Part shown: piece after piece, positions 12,131 through 23,300 of the stretch
Layout of the letters: each line of letters starts with the position of its first letter
Position numbering within the stretch: position 1 is the first letter of the stretch
Assembly: GCA_052327205.1 (NCBI GenBank)
Contig: CM126222.1
Coordinates: 49,414,001 to 49,478,000 of the forward strand
From: Somniosus microcephalus
Taxonomy: Eukaryota
Direction: 5' to 3'
DNA: 64,000 bases
Notes under the pieces: generated by a model
What the model was told of the DNA's origin: nothing
Databases searched by the model: none
Seen by the model: the letters and a program-made list of their open reading frames with translations, nothing else
Position numbers and translations under genes: made by a program

Positions 12131-14043
12131 TTTCTGGTACAATTGCCCACTCTGTGGTCAGATTAATGAATTTTCCAACATCTTTACTGGTTAAGTGGCT
12201 CATTAACTATTTGAGAACTATTAAAGAACCATTATTGTGGGTTCATCATGACTGGTTGCTCGTTTTTCATAGCCTCAGTTCGTGCAGTATGCCGCAATAG
12301 TGTATCTATGAAACTCTTCTTTTTGACTGCTGGGGCTATCTCCCCTGATGCAGACACTAACTGCTGCAGGGTAATAATTTCATTAGGCCCTGTCTCAGTG
12401 ATCTTATACACATGAAAGTTTCAAAACAGTTAAAGTACAAGAGACTTAAGATGACACTTCAAAAATTTATTTTAGGATCAGCCAGAATTCTAAGTTTTAG
12501 ATGTAGTTTCTAACCCTCCCCTCCCCCCACCCCCATTTTCCGTGAACATTCCATCGTAATACACCACATAGTCGTGGGGCAAGCTGTGTCTGCAGTTCCC
12601 CACCTAAGCACTTTAGGCCTTAACTGTGTTGTTTCAGTAAGTTGCTGAATGGGGGTCAGGCATTTTCCATAGAAAAATAAATGAGATGGCCAGTCACCCT
12701 TGATCCCTCTTGCACATCTCCCGGTAGCTGATTATAAAATAGGATTGGTGAGACCTTGAGAACAGATCTCCAGCCAATTCTCTCAGGTGTAGAAGGTGTG
12801 TTAATAGAGAAGAATAACTAACTGGGGACAAGGGCATTTCTGTCTCTGTGTGATGTCTCTGTTCTCTGATTTGTTCTTTCTTTATCCTTAGCTGTCTCTG
12901 TTTTTCTTTCCTGTTGTTTTATTTATTTCCTTCTCTCTGTTTTCTTTCTTTTACACTAAGTGAGGGTGCTGGCAGATGTAATCCTTGTTTAATTTATGCC
13001 ATACTATGGGACCTGTAATTTTGACAGTGCCTCTTAACATGTGTTATGAATATTAGGATAGCTCCATCTTCAAATATTGTACTCTTGGGTGGGGTGCGGG
13101 GGGGGGGAATTCCTGGAACCCTGCTCTGTCATTGGAAGTGCGACCGTACAGGACATCAGGCCACCACTGTGCCCTGAAGTTGACCCTTTCCCAAATCGCA
13201 AGGATCGAGTCATTTCCATGGTCAGGGTAGAGGGCTTGTTCTTGTAGAAATGCACCCAATGAGCTGGCAGAATTTAGAGTGGCATCCTGGCCCTCTGAAG
13301 AGGGGTCAAAGAAAGAGGGCCAGTGAATTTCTTGCTAAGCACAGAATCAATACCTTTCTTTCTGGTAATTTTGGGATCCTCTTAAGGCTCAGTACAAGAC
13401 CTAAGCCTATCGGATGGCCTACTGGATGAAATTCTTGGGGTAGCCCAGGAATGCCCCCAACGTCTTGCCTCGATGTACAGGAGACAGGCAGAAGACTCAT
13501 TTCCCAATCAGAATTAGGGTCATGGAAACCCAATAGATCCAGATCCTGACCTAAATTTCTGCTACCCACGGCCGATATGCCCGCTCTGCACCTTCCCAAC
13601 CCCCCGGAACCTGAGTCCCTTGTGTTCTTTCGTTAGAGAGCAAGAAAGGAGAGGGCAAAATGTTGAATATTGGCACCAATAACATCCAAAAGCCAAGAAG
13701 AGAGGCAGAGAAGTGTATATAGTCATAGATCAGTTGAGAGTTCTGTGTGAGTGAAACTTGAATTGCCCCTGACCTTTATCAAACATAAAACATTTGCATT
13801 GTATCCACCCCTGATCCCCCTCCTTGCCTACGTTGATCCTAATCGGGGCAGTAGCCAACATATGTAAACTTACATTGCAGTCCAATGGCGTGCAGTTACT
13901 TGGCATGGATTTTGAATGTCCTTATCCATTCTCACTCTTTCCTATGTTCTTAATGCCACTCAGATGTGAAGTTTTGTTGACTTCAGGAAATAGCAGCAGG
14001 ACCCTAAAGACAGGCCACCTTTGAGACATTTTACTTCAACTTG

Positions 14044-14219
14044 TGTAGGGTATGTGCCTTTAAGAGCCCCATGTGTGCTGTAATGCCGGTAATGGCCACT
14101 CGGGCTATATAAGCCTGTATATTGTGTTATATCCGTTAGTACCCCTCCAGACTTTGCTTAGTAAACATCTATGAACCAACTCCTGTCTTCAGTGTCTCTA
14201 TCAACACACGGACACTACA
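14044..14219 (+). repeat. 5' LTR of Gypsy element
   Basis: TGTAG...CTACA termini, TATATAA box, AGTAAA; 4 substitutions versus the 3' LTR in 176 bp. Confidence 0.97.
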
Positions 14220-14220
14220 G

Positions 14221-14231
14221 TGGCGATGAAG
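14221..14231 (+). promoter_or_regulatory. Primer-binding site
   Basis: TGGCGATGAAG one base after the 5' LTR (TGG start complementary to tRNA CCA). Confidence 0.8.
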
Positions 14232-14636
14232 TGGAAACGGACTTACCTGCAATTCGGCAGCACCTCAAGGACATCGATTCCTCGGGCGTCCAGAAGACTC
14301 AAGAAAGTGAAAGAAGCTGTGGTTTCACCAGCTGGCCAAGCTGGTGGCAGGTACTGCGCTAATCCTTCCTGGGCGTCAGGCTGGGGCTCCAGCGGCTGGC
14401 TCTACAGCTGGGACAAGCAGCGAAATTGGAGGCAAGCAATAACAGACGGGGAGGGAGCACTCGGGAGACGGCCGGCGCTGCAAGCAGGTCGGCGTTCAGA
14501 CCTAGAGAGAAAGTCCAGCGGGAACGAGTCTCCAACTGTAAATAAATAAAATTTTAAAAAACGGAAACTGCGGGAAACAGCGTTGTCATCGGCAGCAGCG
14601 GCGGAAAAGCGCGGGAAGCACCATATCTTTTCTAAG

Positions 14637-15356
14637 ATGCCTAAGTCTGGCAATATTGATGCTTTTGATAGCGAAATAGAGGATTGGACCACATATGTGG
14701 AAAGAGTAGAGGTATATTGCACTGCAAATGGAATAGAAGATGAAAAAAAAGCTTCAGTACTGCTGAATTTAATGGGCGCAAAGGCATACGGGCTGTTACG
14801 AAATGTAATCACTCCAGCCAAACCAAAGGACAAGGATTTTAAAGAAATTGTTGATACCCTGCAGGAGCACTTAAACCCAACACTGCTGCTGATAGCGGAA
14901 CGATTCAAATTCTTCAAGAGAAATCAACACAAAAATGAAAGTAACGCTGATTACCTCACCGAATTAAGAAAGCTATCAAAACACTGCCAATTCGGGGCAG
15001 GACTAGCAGATTATCTTCGAGACAAATTCGTCTGCGGTCTCTTAAGTGAAGGAACACAAAAAAGGCTGCTTTCTGAAAAAGATTTAACACTGGACAAGGC
15101 TTTCAGTATGGCTGTATCATACGAAGCAGCAGCAAGAGGAGCTGCAGAGATACAACAAAAGACACAGGACTTCGGCACCCATGAAATGACACAGGGTTTC
15201 GAAAGATGTTATCGCTGCGGCAGATCCACCCATAACCAGAGGGACTGCTGGTTCAAGGACAAAGCATGCAGGCAATGCGGAAAGATTGGACACATTGCAC
15301 GGGTATGCCGATCTGGACAAAATAAATCCACAGACAGGAAAAAAAAAAATCAATAA
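14637..15356 (+). CDS. gag: Gypsy Gag with two CCHC zinc knuckles
   Basis: MPKSGNIDAFD...LRDKFVCGL...CYRCGRSTHNQRDC..CRQCGKIGHIARVC; frame ends just after an A11 run (15339-15349). Confidence 0.9.
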   Translation: MPKSGNIDAFDSEIEDWTTYVERVEVYCTANGIEDEKKASVLLNLMGAKAYGLLRNVITPAKPKDKDFKEIVDTLQEHLNPTLLLIAERFKFFKRNQHKNESNADYLTELRKLSKHCQFGAGLADYLRDKFVCGLLSEGTQKRLLSEKDLTLDKAFSMAVSYEAAARGAAEIQQKTQDFGTHEMTQGFERCYRCGRSTHNQRDCWFKDKACRQCGKIGHIARVCRSGQNKSTDRKKKNQ

Positions 15357-18300
15357 AGAAAAGTACAGAAAGGTACAAATGATGACGGACAGTAGCTCCG
15401 AAGACCAGAAGAGCGATAGCAACTCCGAAAACAAGAGACTAAGCTGTCTCAAATTACATAATGTACTTGCCAAAGATGATTACCAGACCATTTGGGTTAC
15501 CCTCACGATAGCAGGGTCCCCAGTTAAAATGGAGCTAGATACAGGATCAGCTCTGACCGTAATAAATTGACGGGATTACGAGAGGCTATTTCCGCATATA
15601 CCTTTAAAAGACACATCCATTATCTTAAAAACATATACGGGGCAGAAAGTATACCCCAAAGGAAAAATAAGGGTGCCTGTTGTATACAACGGCAAGGAAA
15701 TACAAAAGTTGTATTTATACATTCTACAAGATGGTGGCCCACCGCTGTTAGGACGTGAATGGATCAGGAAAATATGTTTAGACTGGCACTCCATTCAGGC
15801 ATTGACGGTGACCAGTAAGAAAAAAACCGATGATGACATCATACCTGAACGATTAAAAGACATCTTGGCCAACGCCAAAGAAGTGTTTCAAGAGAAACTA
15901 GGAACCTTGAAAGGCATCACCGCCTCAATAAAAGTGGAAGATGCAGCAATTCCCAAGTTTTTTAAAGCAAGACCAGTGCCATACGCAATTCATTCAGCAG
16001 TCGAGGCAGAGCTGGAGAATTTGGAAAATGCAGGCGTATTATCCAAAATAGATTGGAGCGAGTGGGCAACACCCATCGTTCCAGTCATGAAGAAAGCATT
16101 GAATAATAATAATAAATCTGAAGAACATAGAAAAATTCCATCTTGTAGAATGTATAAATACAACTTTTGTATTTCCTTGTCGTTGTATACAACAGGCACC
16201 CTTATTTTTCCTTTGGGGTATACTTTCTGCCCCGTATATGTTTTTAAGATAATGGATGTGTCTTTTAAAGGTATATGCGGAAATAGCCTCTCGTAATCCC
16301 GTCGATTTATTACGGTCAGAGCTGATCCTGTATCTAGCTCCATTTTAACTGGGGACCTTGTAACAGGAGAAAACGACAACGAGCACCTTGCCAATTTGGA
16401 GCAGGTGCTCACTAGGCTGAGAGAACGGGGCCTACGAGCAAATCGCCCCAAGTGCGAATTTTTCCGAAATCAAATATCATATTGTGGCCACATAATAAAT
16501 AAGGAAGGGTTGCATAAGTCACCTGAAAAAATTGAAGGGGTCATAAAAGCCCCAGCACCTGAAAATGTTTCACAATTAAGGTCGTTCCTGGGATTAATAA
16601 ATTACTATCATAAATTTTTACCGAACTTATCAACTCTTCTACACCCTCTTAATGAACTGCTACAAACAGGAGTAATTTGGAAATGGAACGAAGACTGTAA
16701 ACGTGCCTTCCATAAATGCAAAGACTTAATCACATCCGAAGAAGTTTTGGCTCATTACAACCCATCACTGCCAATCAGACTGGCGTGCGATGCATCCCCT
16801 TATGGCATAGGAGCAGTATTATCGCATAAATTCCCTGATGGCTCGGAACGGCCGATAGCTTTTGCGTCACGCTCATTGAACTCAGCTGAGCGTAACTATG
16901 CCCAGATCGACAGGGAAGCACTCAGCCTGGTATGGGGAGTGAAGAAATTCAACCATTACCTACACGGACAAAAATTTACCTTGTTGACTGACCATCAACC
17001 CCTCATCTCCATATTCAACCCTAAAAAGGGTGTTCCCATTATGACAGCGCAAAGGCTACAGAGGTGGTCCCTTTTTCTAGGGGCACACCAATACAACATA
17101 GAATACAAAGGATCAAAACAGCATGGGAATGCTGACGGTTTATCGTGCCTACCGTTGCCAACGGTAGAAGAGGCACCTACAGTAGACCCAGTGGAGATGT
17201 TCCACTCTACCATAGTGGAATGTCTACCAGTAACAAATTCTGCCATTGAAAGGGAGACGAGAAATGACCCGACTCTCTCACGGGTCTACGATTTAACAGT
17301 GAAGGGATGGCCAGCACATGGCAAACCACTGTTGCCAGCATTCTCGCAAAGAAGAGAACAGCTGTCAGTGTGCCGAGGAACCTTGATGTGTGGATCCAGA
17401 GTGGTGATTCCACCCAAACTCCAGGATAAAGTGCTAAAGGAGCTTCACGAGGGGCATCTGGGTGGAGTGAAAATGAAGAACCTAGCCAGGGCGTTTGTAT
17501 GGTGGCCAGGTATCGATGGAGACATCGAAGAAATGACCAAGAGCTGCCTAGGATGCCAGAAGGTCCAAAACGCTCCACCACAAGCCCCTCTACATCCATG
17601 GGAGTGGCCCTCATCTCCCTGGCAAAGGGTACACATCGACTTTGCTGGTCCATTTATGGACTCAATGTTCTTAATCGCAGTTGATGCACACTCCAAGTGG
17701 CCAGAGGTAATAAAGATGTCCTCCACCACCACGGAAAAAACCACCACAGTATTAAGAACCATATTTGCCAGGAATGGGCTGCCGGAACAGATCTGTTCTG
17801 ATAATGGACCGCAATTTGTGTCCGAAGAATTCAGGAAGTTCTTAAAAAAACAATGGGGTTAAGCACTACACGTCCGCCCCATACCATCCCGCCACCAATG
17901 GGTTGGCTGAAAGGTTTGTCCAGACCTTCAAGAAGGCCATAAAGGCCATGGGTAATGAAAACATAAAACTTCAGCACAAGGTGGATAACTTCTTGTTCGC
18001 ATACAGGAATGCAACACATATGGTTACCAACCAAACTCCCGCCATGATGTTCTTCAATAGGAACCTAAGATGCCGGCTGGATTTGGTCAAGTCCAACATC
18101 AGAAGGGACGTGGAGAACCGGCAGTTTCAAGGCATGAATGAAAGACCAACTGGAACCTTCCAGATAGGTCAACAAGTTTTGGCCCAGGACTACCGTACCG
18201 AGAAATGGCAGCCTGGAACTATCTGCGCATGACTAGGACCACTGATGTATACCGTGGACATCGGAGAAAGCATAATAAGGTGCCATGCTGACCAAATCAT

Positions 18301-18535
18301 AGAGTCATCCGAAAAGGGACAACCTACACCACAACTCTATACGCCTAACGATGAAGTAGAGATACCCATATCTACCTCCGATCCGGTGATACTGGAACCC
18401 GATGAACCCGACACTGGCATTCAAGCCGAATCAACCTTGCCAAAAGAACCTACTACACCACCAGAAACTACTGCACCACCAAGGCATTATCCAGACCGAG
18501 TCAGGAAGCCTCCAGAGAGACTGACTTATAATTAA
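15357..18535 (+). pseudogene. pol: Gypsy pol (protease, RT lacking its catalytic core, RNase H, integrase), disrupted
   Basis: MELDTGS protease; RT N-terminus SEWATPIVPV; resumes at LVTGEND..HLANL; RNase H LACDASPYGIGAVL; integrase HHCC, HIDFAG, SDNGPQF, NGLAER. TGA stops at 15568 and 18230; +1 shift in the A7 run 17844-17850. Confidence 0.93.
16138..16357 (-). repeat. 220-bp inverted duplication of 15515-15734 replacing the RT core
   Basis: Base-by-base reverse-complement comparison gives 218/220 identity. Confidence 0.97.
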
Positions 18536-18614
18536 TTAACTACAGCAATGTGTATATTATTTTTCTTATAATATGTAATTAATAATTACTTAAAATATGA
18601 TGTACTGGTTAGCT

Positions 18615-18627
18615 AAAAGGGGAGGAA
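18615..18627 (+). promoter_or_regulatory. Polypurine tract
   Basis: AAAAGGGGAGGAA immediately upstream of the 3' LTR. Confidence 0.9.
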
Positions 18628-18628
18628 T

Positions 18629-18804
18629 TGTAGTGTATGTGCCTTTAAGAGCCCCATGTGTGCTGTAATGCTGGTAATGGCCACTCAGGCTATATAAGCC
18701 TGTATATTGTGTTATATCCGTTAGTACCCCTCCAGACTTTGCTTAGTAAACACCTATGAACCAACTCCTGTCTTCAGTGTCTCTATCAACACACGGACAC
18801 TACA
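18629..18804 (+). repeat. 3' LTR of Gypsy element
   Basis: TGTAGTGT...ACACTACA (8-bp terminal inverted repeat), followed by TSD ACTTG. Confidence 0.97.
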
Positions 18805-19891
18805 ACTTGGGCTGTAATTTTGTATTGAAGAAAGGGTTAATATTCAACCAGATGCACACCCATGCATAAGCTCACCTCATGGAGATTCTCACATTGTTTC
18901 AGACATTCCTGACAGTGAGCTGCTTTGTAATGACCACTGATGCTGTCTGGCATAAAAGCAGATTTACATCTGTTTAGAAATGTAACAGGGTCAAGTTGAT
19001 TCATGTAAGAATTCCTTTCGGGACCAGGATTGTGTACATGACAAGTACACAATCCGTTACTCAGGCTGTTATGAAACTAGCACCACTGCACCAGAATTTC
19101 AATTAATTAACATAAGCTTACTCCTTTATATTTGAACTTCATGGTTCAGGGGTTTCCATATAATGGAATCCTCAGCATGTAAAAATTTACTAATTTGTAA
19201 TATTTACCCCTCAGCCTATTTAATCATTCTTTCCACAACTGAATAAAAAATTAAAGAACAGAGAATCCTTTACTGTTATAAATTATATATTCTAAAAATG
19301 ACTTTGTAATAAAGCATTTAACATGTTCTTCTACCTTTGGGTGAAATTGAGCCATGGGATAATAAGACTTATTGTGTTGGGTAAAATCAGCCAATCGGGG
19401 AACGCATTGTGCTTGGACACTATAATTATTCATTTAATTGTCACAGCCAGGCCACCTATGTATTGGGAGTGAGCAGAAAGTTCTAATATATGTATAATAC
19501 GTATGAAATATATGTTTAGAGAGTGGGAAATAGTTCGGTACATTGAATTACATACACAGCAGAAGAGCGAACAGCAAATGGTCTGTCTGCATCGTCAAAA
19601 CACAACTCCAGAAACACGCATTCATCATATTTTGCAGAAATCCATAGCTCAGACTTTCTACCTCGCTGATTGAAGGAGAGTACTGTTGTGGCTAGGAGGA
19701 GGTTCAAAAATATTTATTTTCAACATTTCAAAAGTGAAATTGCCTTGAATTTCAAACTTTCCATATTTACTTCTGACGTAGTGCGAACTCGGGTCACGTG
19801 TCACTAATGTGAGTAAAAATGATAGCTGTTATACTGTTACCATATGTAGTCACACTTACAGATGTTACAGGTTCATTGCAGCAGTGAGTTT

Positions 19892-20348
19892 AGAAAGAGA
19901 GAGAAAGACTTGCATTTACATGAAGGCTTTCAGGACGTCCCAAACATTTTCCAGTCAATGAAGTACTTTTGAAGTGGGTCACTGTGGTAATGTAGGAAAT
20001 GCCAATTTGCACACAGCAAGCTCCCACAAACAGCAATGTGATAATGACCAGATAATCTGTTTTTGATATGTTGATTGAGGGATAAATATTGGCCAGGACA
20101 CCAGGGATAACTCCCCTGCTCTTCTTCGAAATAGTGCCATGGGATCTTTTCATCCACCTGAAGGAGCAGACGGGGCCTCGGTTTAACGTCTCATCTGAAA
20201 GACGGCACCTTCGACAGTGTAGCACTCCCCCAGCACTGCACTGGAGCGTCAGCCTAGATTTTTGTGCTCAAGTCTCTGGAGTGGGTACTTGAACCCACAA
20301 CCTTGTGACTCAATGGTGAGAGGGCTACTCACTGAGCCACGGATGACA
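19892..20348 (-). mobile_element. tRNA-derived DeuSINE (SacSINE1-like), full length
   Basis: Minus strand: A box TGGCTCAGTGAG, B box GGTTCAAGTACC, Deu core GTCTTTCAGATGAGACGTTAAACCGAGG...GATCCCATGGCAC, tail AAATGCAAGTCTTTCT. Confidence 0.88.
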
Positions 20349-23300
20349 GTTAGATGGTGTATGCAAACACTTTCCATAGTATCCTTCCCATAATCTGTAT
20401 CCCTTATTACATAAGGTACATGTATTCACATCATAAACTGATGACACAACTGTCAATACTGTGCTCTTGCAAGTGCATTGTGCAGTATAGAAACTATTTT
20501 CATTAGAAGTTATAATCACTACAAGACCCGTGTGAAGCTGAGACTTAAGAAGACTTGACACTCTGCAACTCCCGTTCATGTACAAAACTTATACTTTACC
20601 TGCTGCAAGTCAATGCCATCTGCTCTTCCCAACAGTAACAGTACTCAGTTCCCTCCTTCCCATCCAACATGTTAAATTATAACAATGTTATATTGTTTAT
20701 ATGCATCTCTTACTATTGACCGAGTTGTGCACCCCAAACAAGGCTATAGCCGTTTTAAGTATTCACTCTGTGGTCACTAATTCCTGGTTCTCACTGAATA
20801 GATAGTCCTAAATGAAAGCTATTGAAAAATAATTAGTTTCATGTCATTTTATTGCAAATAAAATGATTAAGGAATTGAATTTTATGTTTAAATATTTAAG
20901 ATAACTCACTATCAGAAACTTGCAGCAAAATAATAGTAGACCCTCTTTATAATGCTTCCTTTGGGAGCCATGAAAGTGTGTTAAAATGAGAGGCGTGTTA
21001 TATAGAGGGTGTTTTACATGTCTATTCATGAGGAGCATACTAGATTGGAGGTCACAGTGTTCAAAAGCTGCTGAGTTTGCAAGAAGTGCAACATGGAGGT
21101 ATGGAACTGGGAGTTAAAATTCCAAGACAGAAGTATCATAATGCTGACAATAGTAAGAAACTAATGAATTGCTAGTAGCTCAGAAGTTAAATGTTAGGCT
21201 GTCGTGGTCAGTGAATGTTGGTTTACAAAGACCTGATTGAGGCTTGCAGAACTGATTTCCTTAGGACAGTTACCAGTCAGCTGATGGATGAAACTTGACC
21301 ATTCTTCTCTGCTGCATTCATTCCCGGCTAACTGAAGATAAAAGGACATTGCATCATAATAATGTGTTCGTGCATTTTGATCAAATTGCCTTCTTCAGAA
21401 TAGTACAGTTTAAAATTAATTTACTTCAGGAAAATGGATCCCATCTATGGTTATCACTTTCCAATGGTAAGTGATGGCACTGAGATACTCGATGCCAAAT
21501 GGTTTTAGCTAAAAAGAAAAAAATATGTAGACAAAATATTTAAAAACTATCCCTTGGTACATAGTGACCTGGAACAAGCTCAAACCGCACTGAAAACCTG
21601 TGTGTCAACAACATGATAAATGGGTATAGCTCACCACGTTAATAGCAATTTCTAGTTAATAGGGCCATTAACCCTATCAAATCAATTACAGTCATTTCTA
21701 AATAGTAGTAACTTGTATTTTTGGGCATAATGCTGCACAAATTGAGCAGGACATGGTCGGGATTTTGCTACTCCTTGAAACTTTATTCTGCCAGCTCGCC
21801 AATCACATTATATTTGGTTACAATGTATAATGTGTATGCTCACCAGTGGTAAAGTGGTTAAAGGGACACTGTCTCCAGTGTTTGTGCTCAGAAGAAAAAC
21901 GTGAAGCAAATAACAAATCAAAATCCTCTTGATCTGTGTTGGCAGAAGACAGTTGATCTGCCACAATTCTTTTCCAATCAGACTAAATTTGAAGAATTCA
22001 AAATTCAAACAATCTTCCATTTCAATGGCGCAATTCTTAAATTATTGGCAAGGGAGTGGAGATTTGGGGGCTACTATTATAAAAGATGTGGTTGTTTGCC
22101 CTAGTTGGTTGCAATCTATTCTCAACAAAAACCGTTAACCATAATATATTGATATATCTTTAGCCAGAAGAAGGCAGTTTGATCAAAAAATGCCTCTGGA
22201 CATTATTAACCTATACTTGGGTTAATGCACCAATCAGCTTTCTTCTGTGCGGTCAATAACAATTTCTATCTGGGTCCGAGCATTTTTGTTTTCCTGAATT
22301 CACGTTCCCCTATTGCTGTCCCCTGTGGGCACTCCTCTGTGCTAAGGGCGTGAGGGTAGGGGCTCAGATGGAACTATGGACTTCTCCATGGTCTGTAACA
22401 GTGCCTCTCCATAACCAGCTGACAAGTAATGGCTTCCTGCAGGTCCAAAAAGATCCTTGAAGCTAAGCCGGCAAAACAGATAAATGTGAAAGGCTGTCGA
22501 TTAGATAGACATATAGTTAAAAGTTTTCTCCAGCATGTGGGGATTATATTGCTGGTGCTGTGCATTCCTCATTCCTGTGCCTGTTTGGTAGTGTTTTTGC
22601 TGTTAATCCATTCAGTGAGTGCAAACCCTCATTATACATTGGATTTCTTGCACCAGTAGCTGCAGTAATAGGGAAAAGATGTTTTATTTATTCATTGTAT
22701 TCATTTTAAAGCAGTGTTTTGCTCCAGTAGTCCAGTTCAGATATTGTGAATCTCACCCATCCAAATCCATGTTTCACAAAATGTGCTCATTCTTCCTAGC
22801 CTTGTCAGTTTCTTCTTTCCCTCCCTGAGGTGAAATACTCTTGTCGGTACATCTCCATCTAGCATCCCAACCAACAACTGGCATTATTTTCCCATTGAGG
22901 GCAGCAGCATTCAAAAATGCTGGTCAACTGACATTCGACTCCATTTCAGTGTTCAGTATTCAGATAAATTCAGGCTTTGGATTTGAACGAGGGTGTTCAA
23001 AAATTCATATTGTCTTAATTGGAAGCTCAAATTGAACAGTCAGAGCATGAATAGGAAGTGCTTTCATTAAACAGTCAGGGCTCCTGACGTGTATTCAACA
23101 TTAAACTGCTCGGGATGACAACACCCTCTCCCACTAGACTCTTAGAGAAATGATTGCTTATCCACCAGCCTGCCAGAGACCACGGATGGAAATACTATCA
23201 AAATATTTTTAAACCCCTGCTTTCTATTTTCAGTTATTCCAAGCATCAGACAATGCAAGAAAATGCATGTACAGTAATATGCAACTGAGTAACCATTTAT

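Larger units (their letters stand above)
14044..18804 (+). mobile_element. Full-length Ty3/Gypsy LTR retrotransposon (Mag-like clade), defective
   Basis: Two 176-bp LTRs, 5-bp TSD ACTTG (14039-14043, 18805-18809), PBS, PPT, domain order gag-PR-(RT)-RH-IN. Confidence 0.97.

Noticed and set aside
15990-16451. Antisense 153-aa ORF with a DTG protease motif as a second protease gene
   Set aside because: By-product of the inverted duplication; it starts at a non-ATG codon in antisense RT sequence and holds only part of the protease.
20270-20348. tRNA gene
   Set aside because: A/B boxes belong to the head of a DeuSINE that continues into the Deu core; no complete cloverleaf evident.
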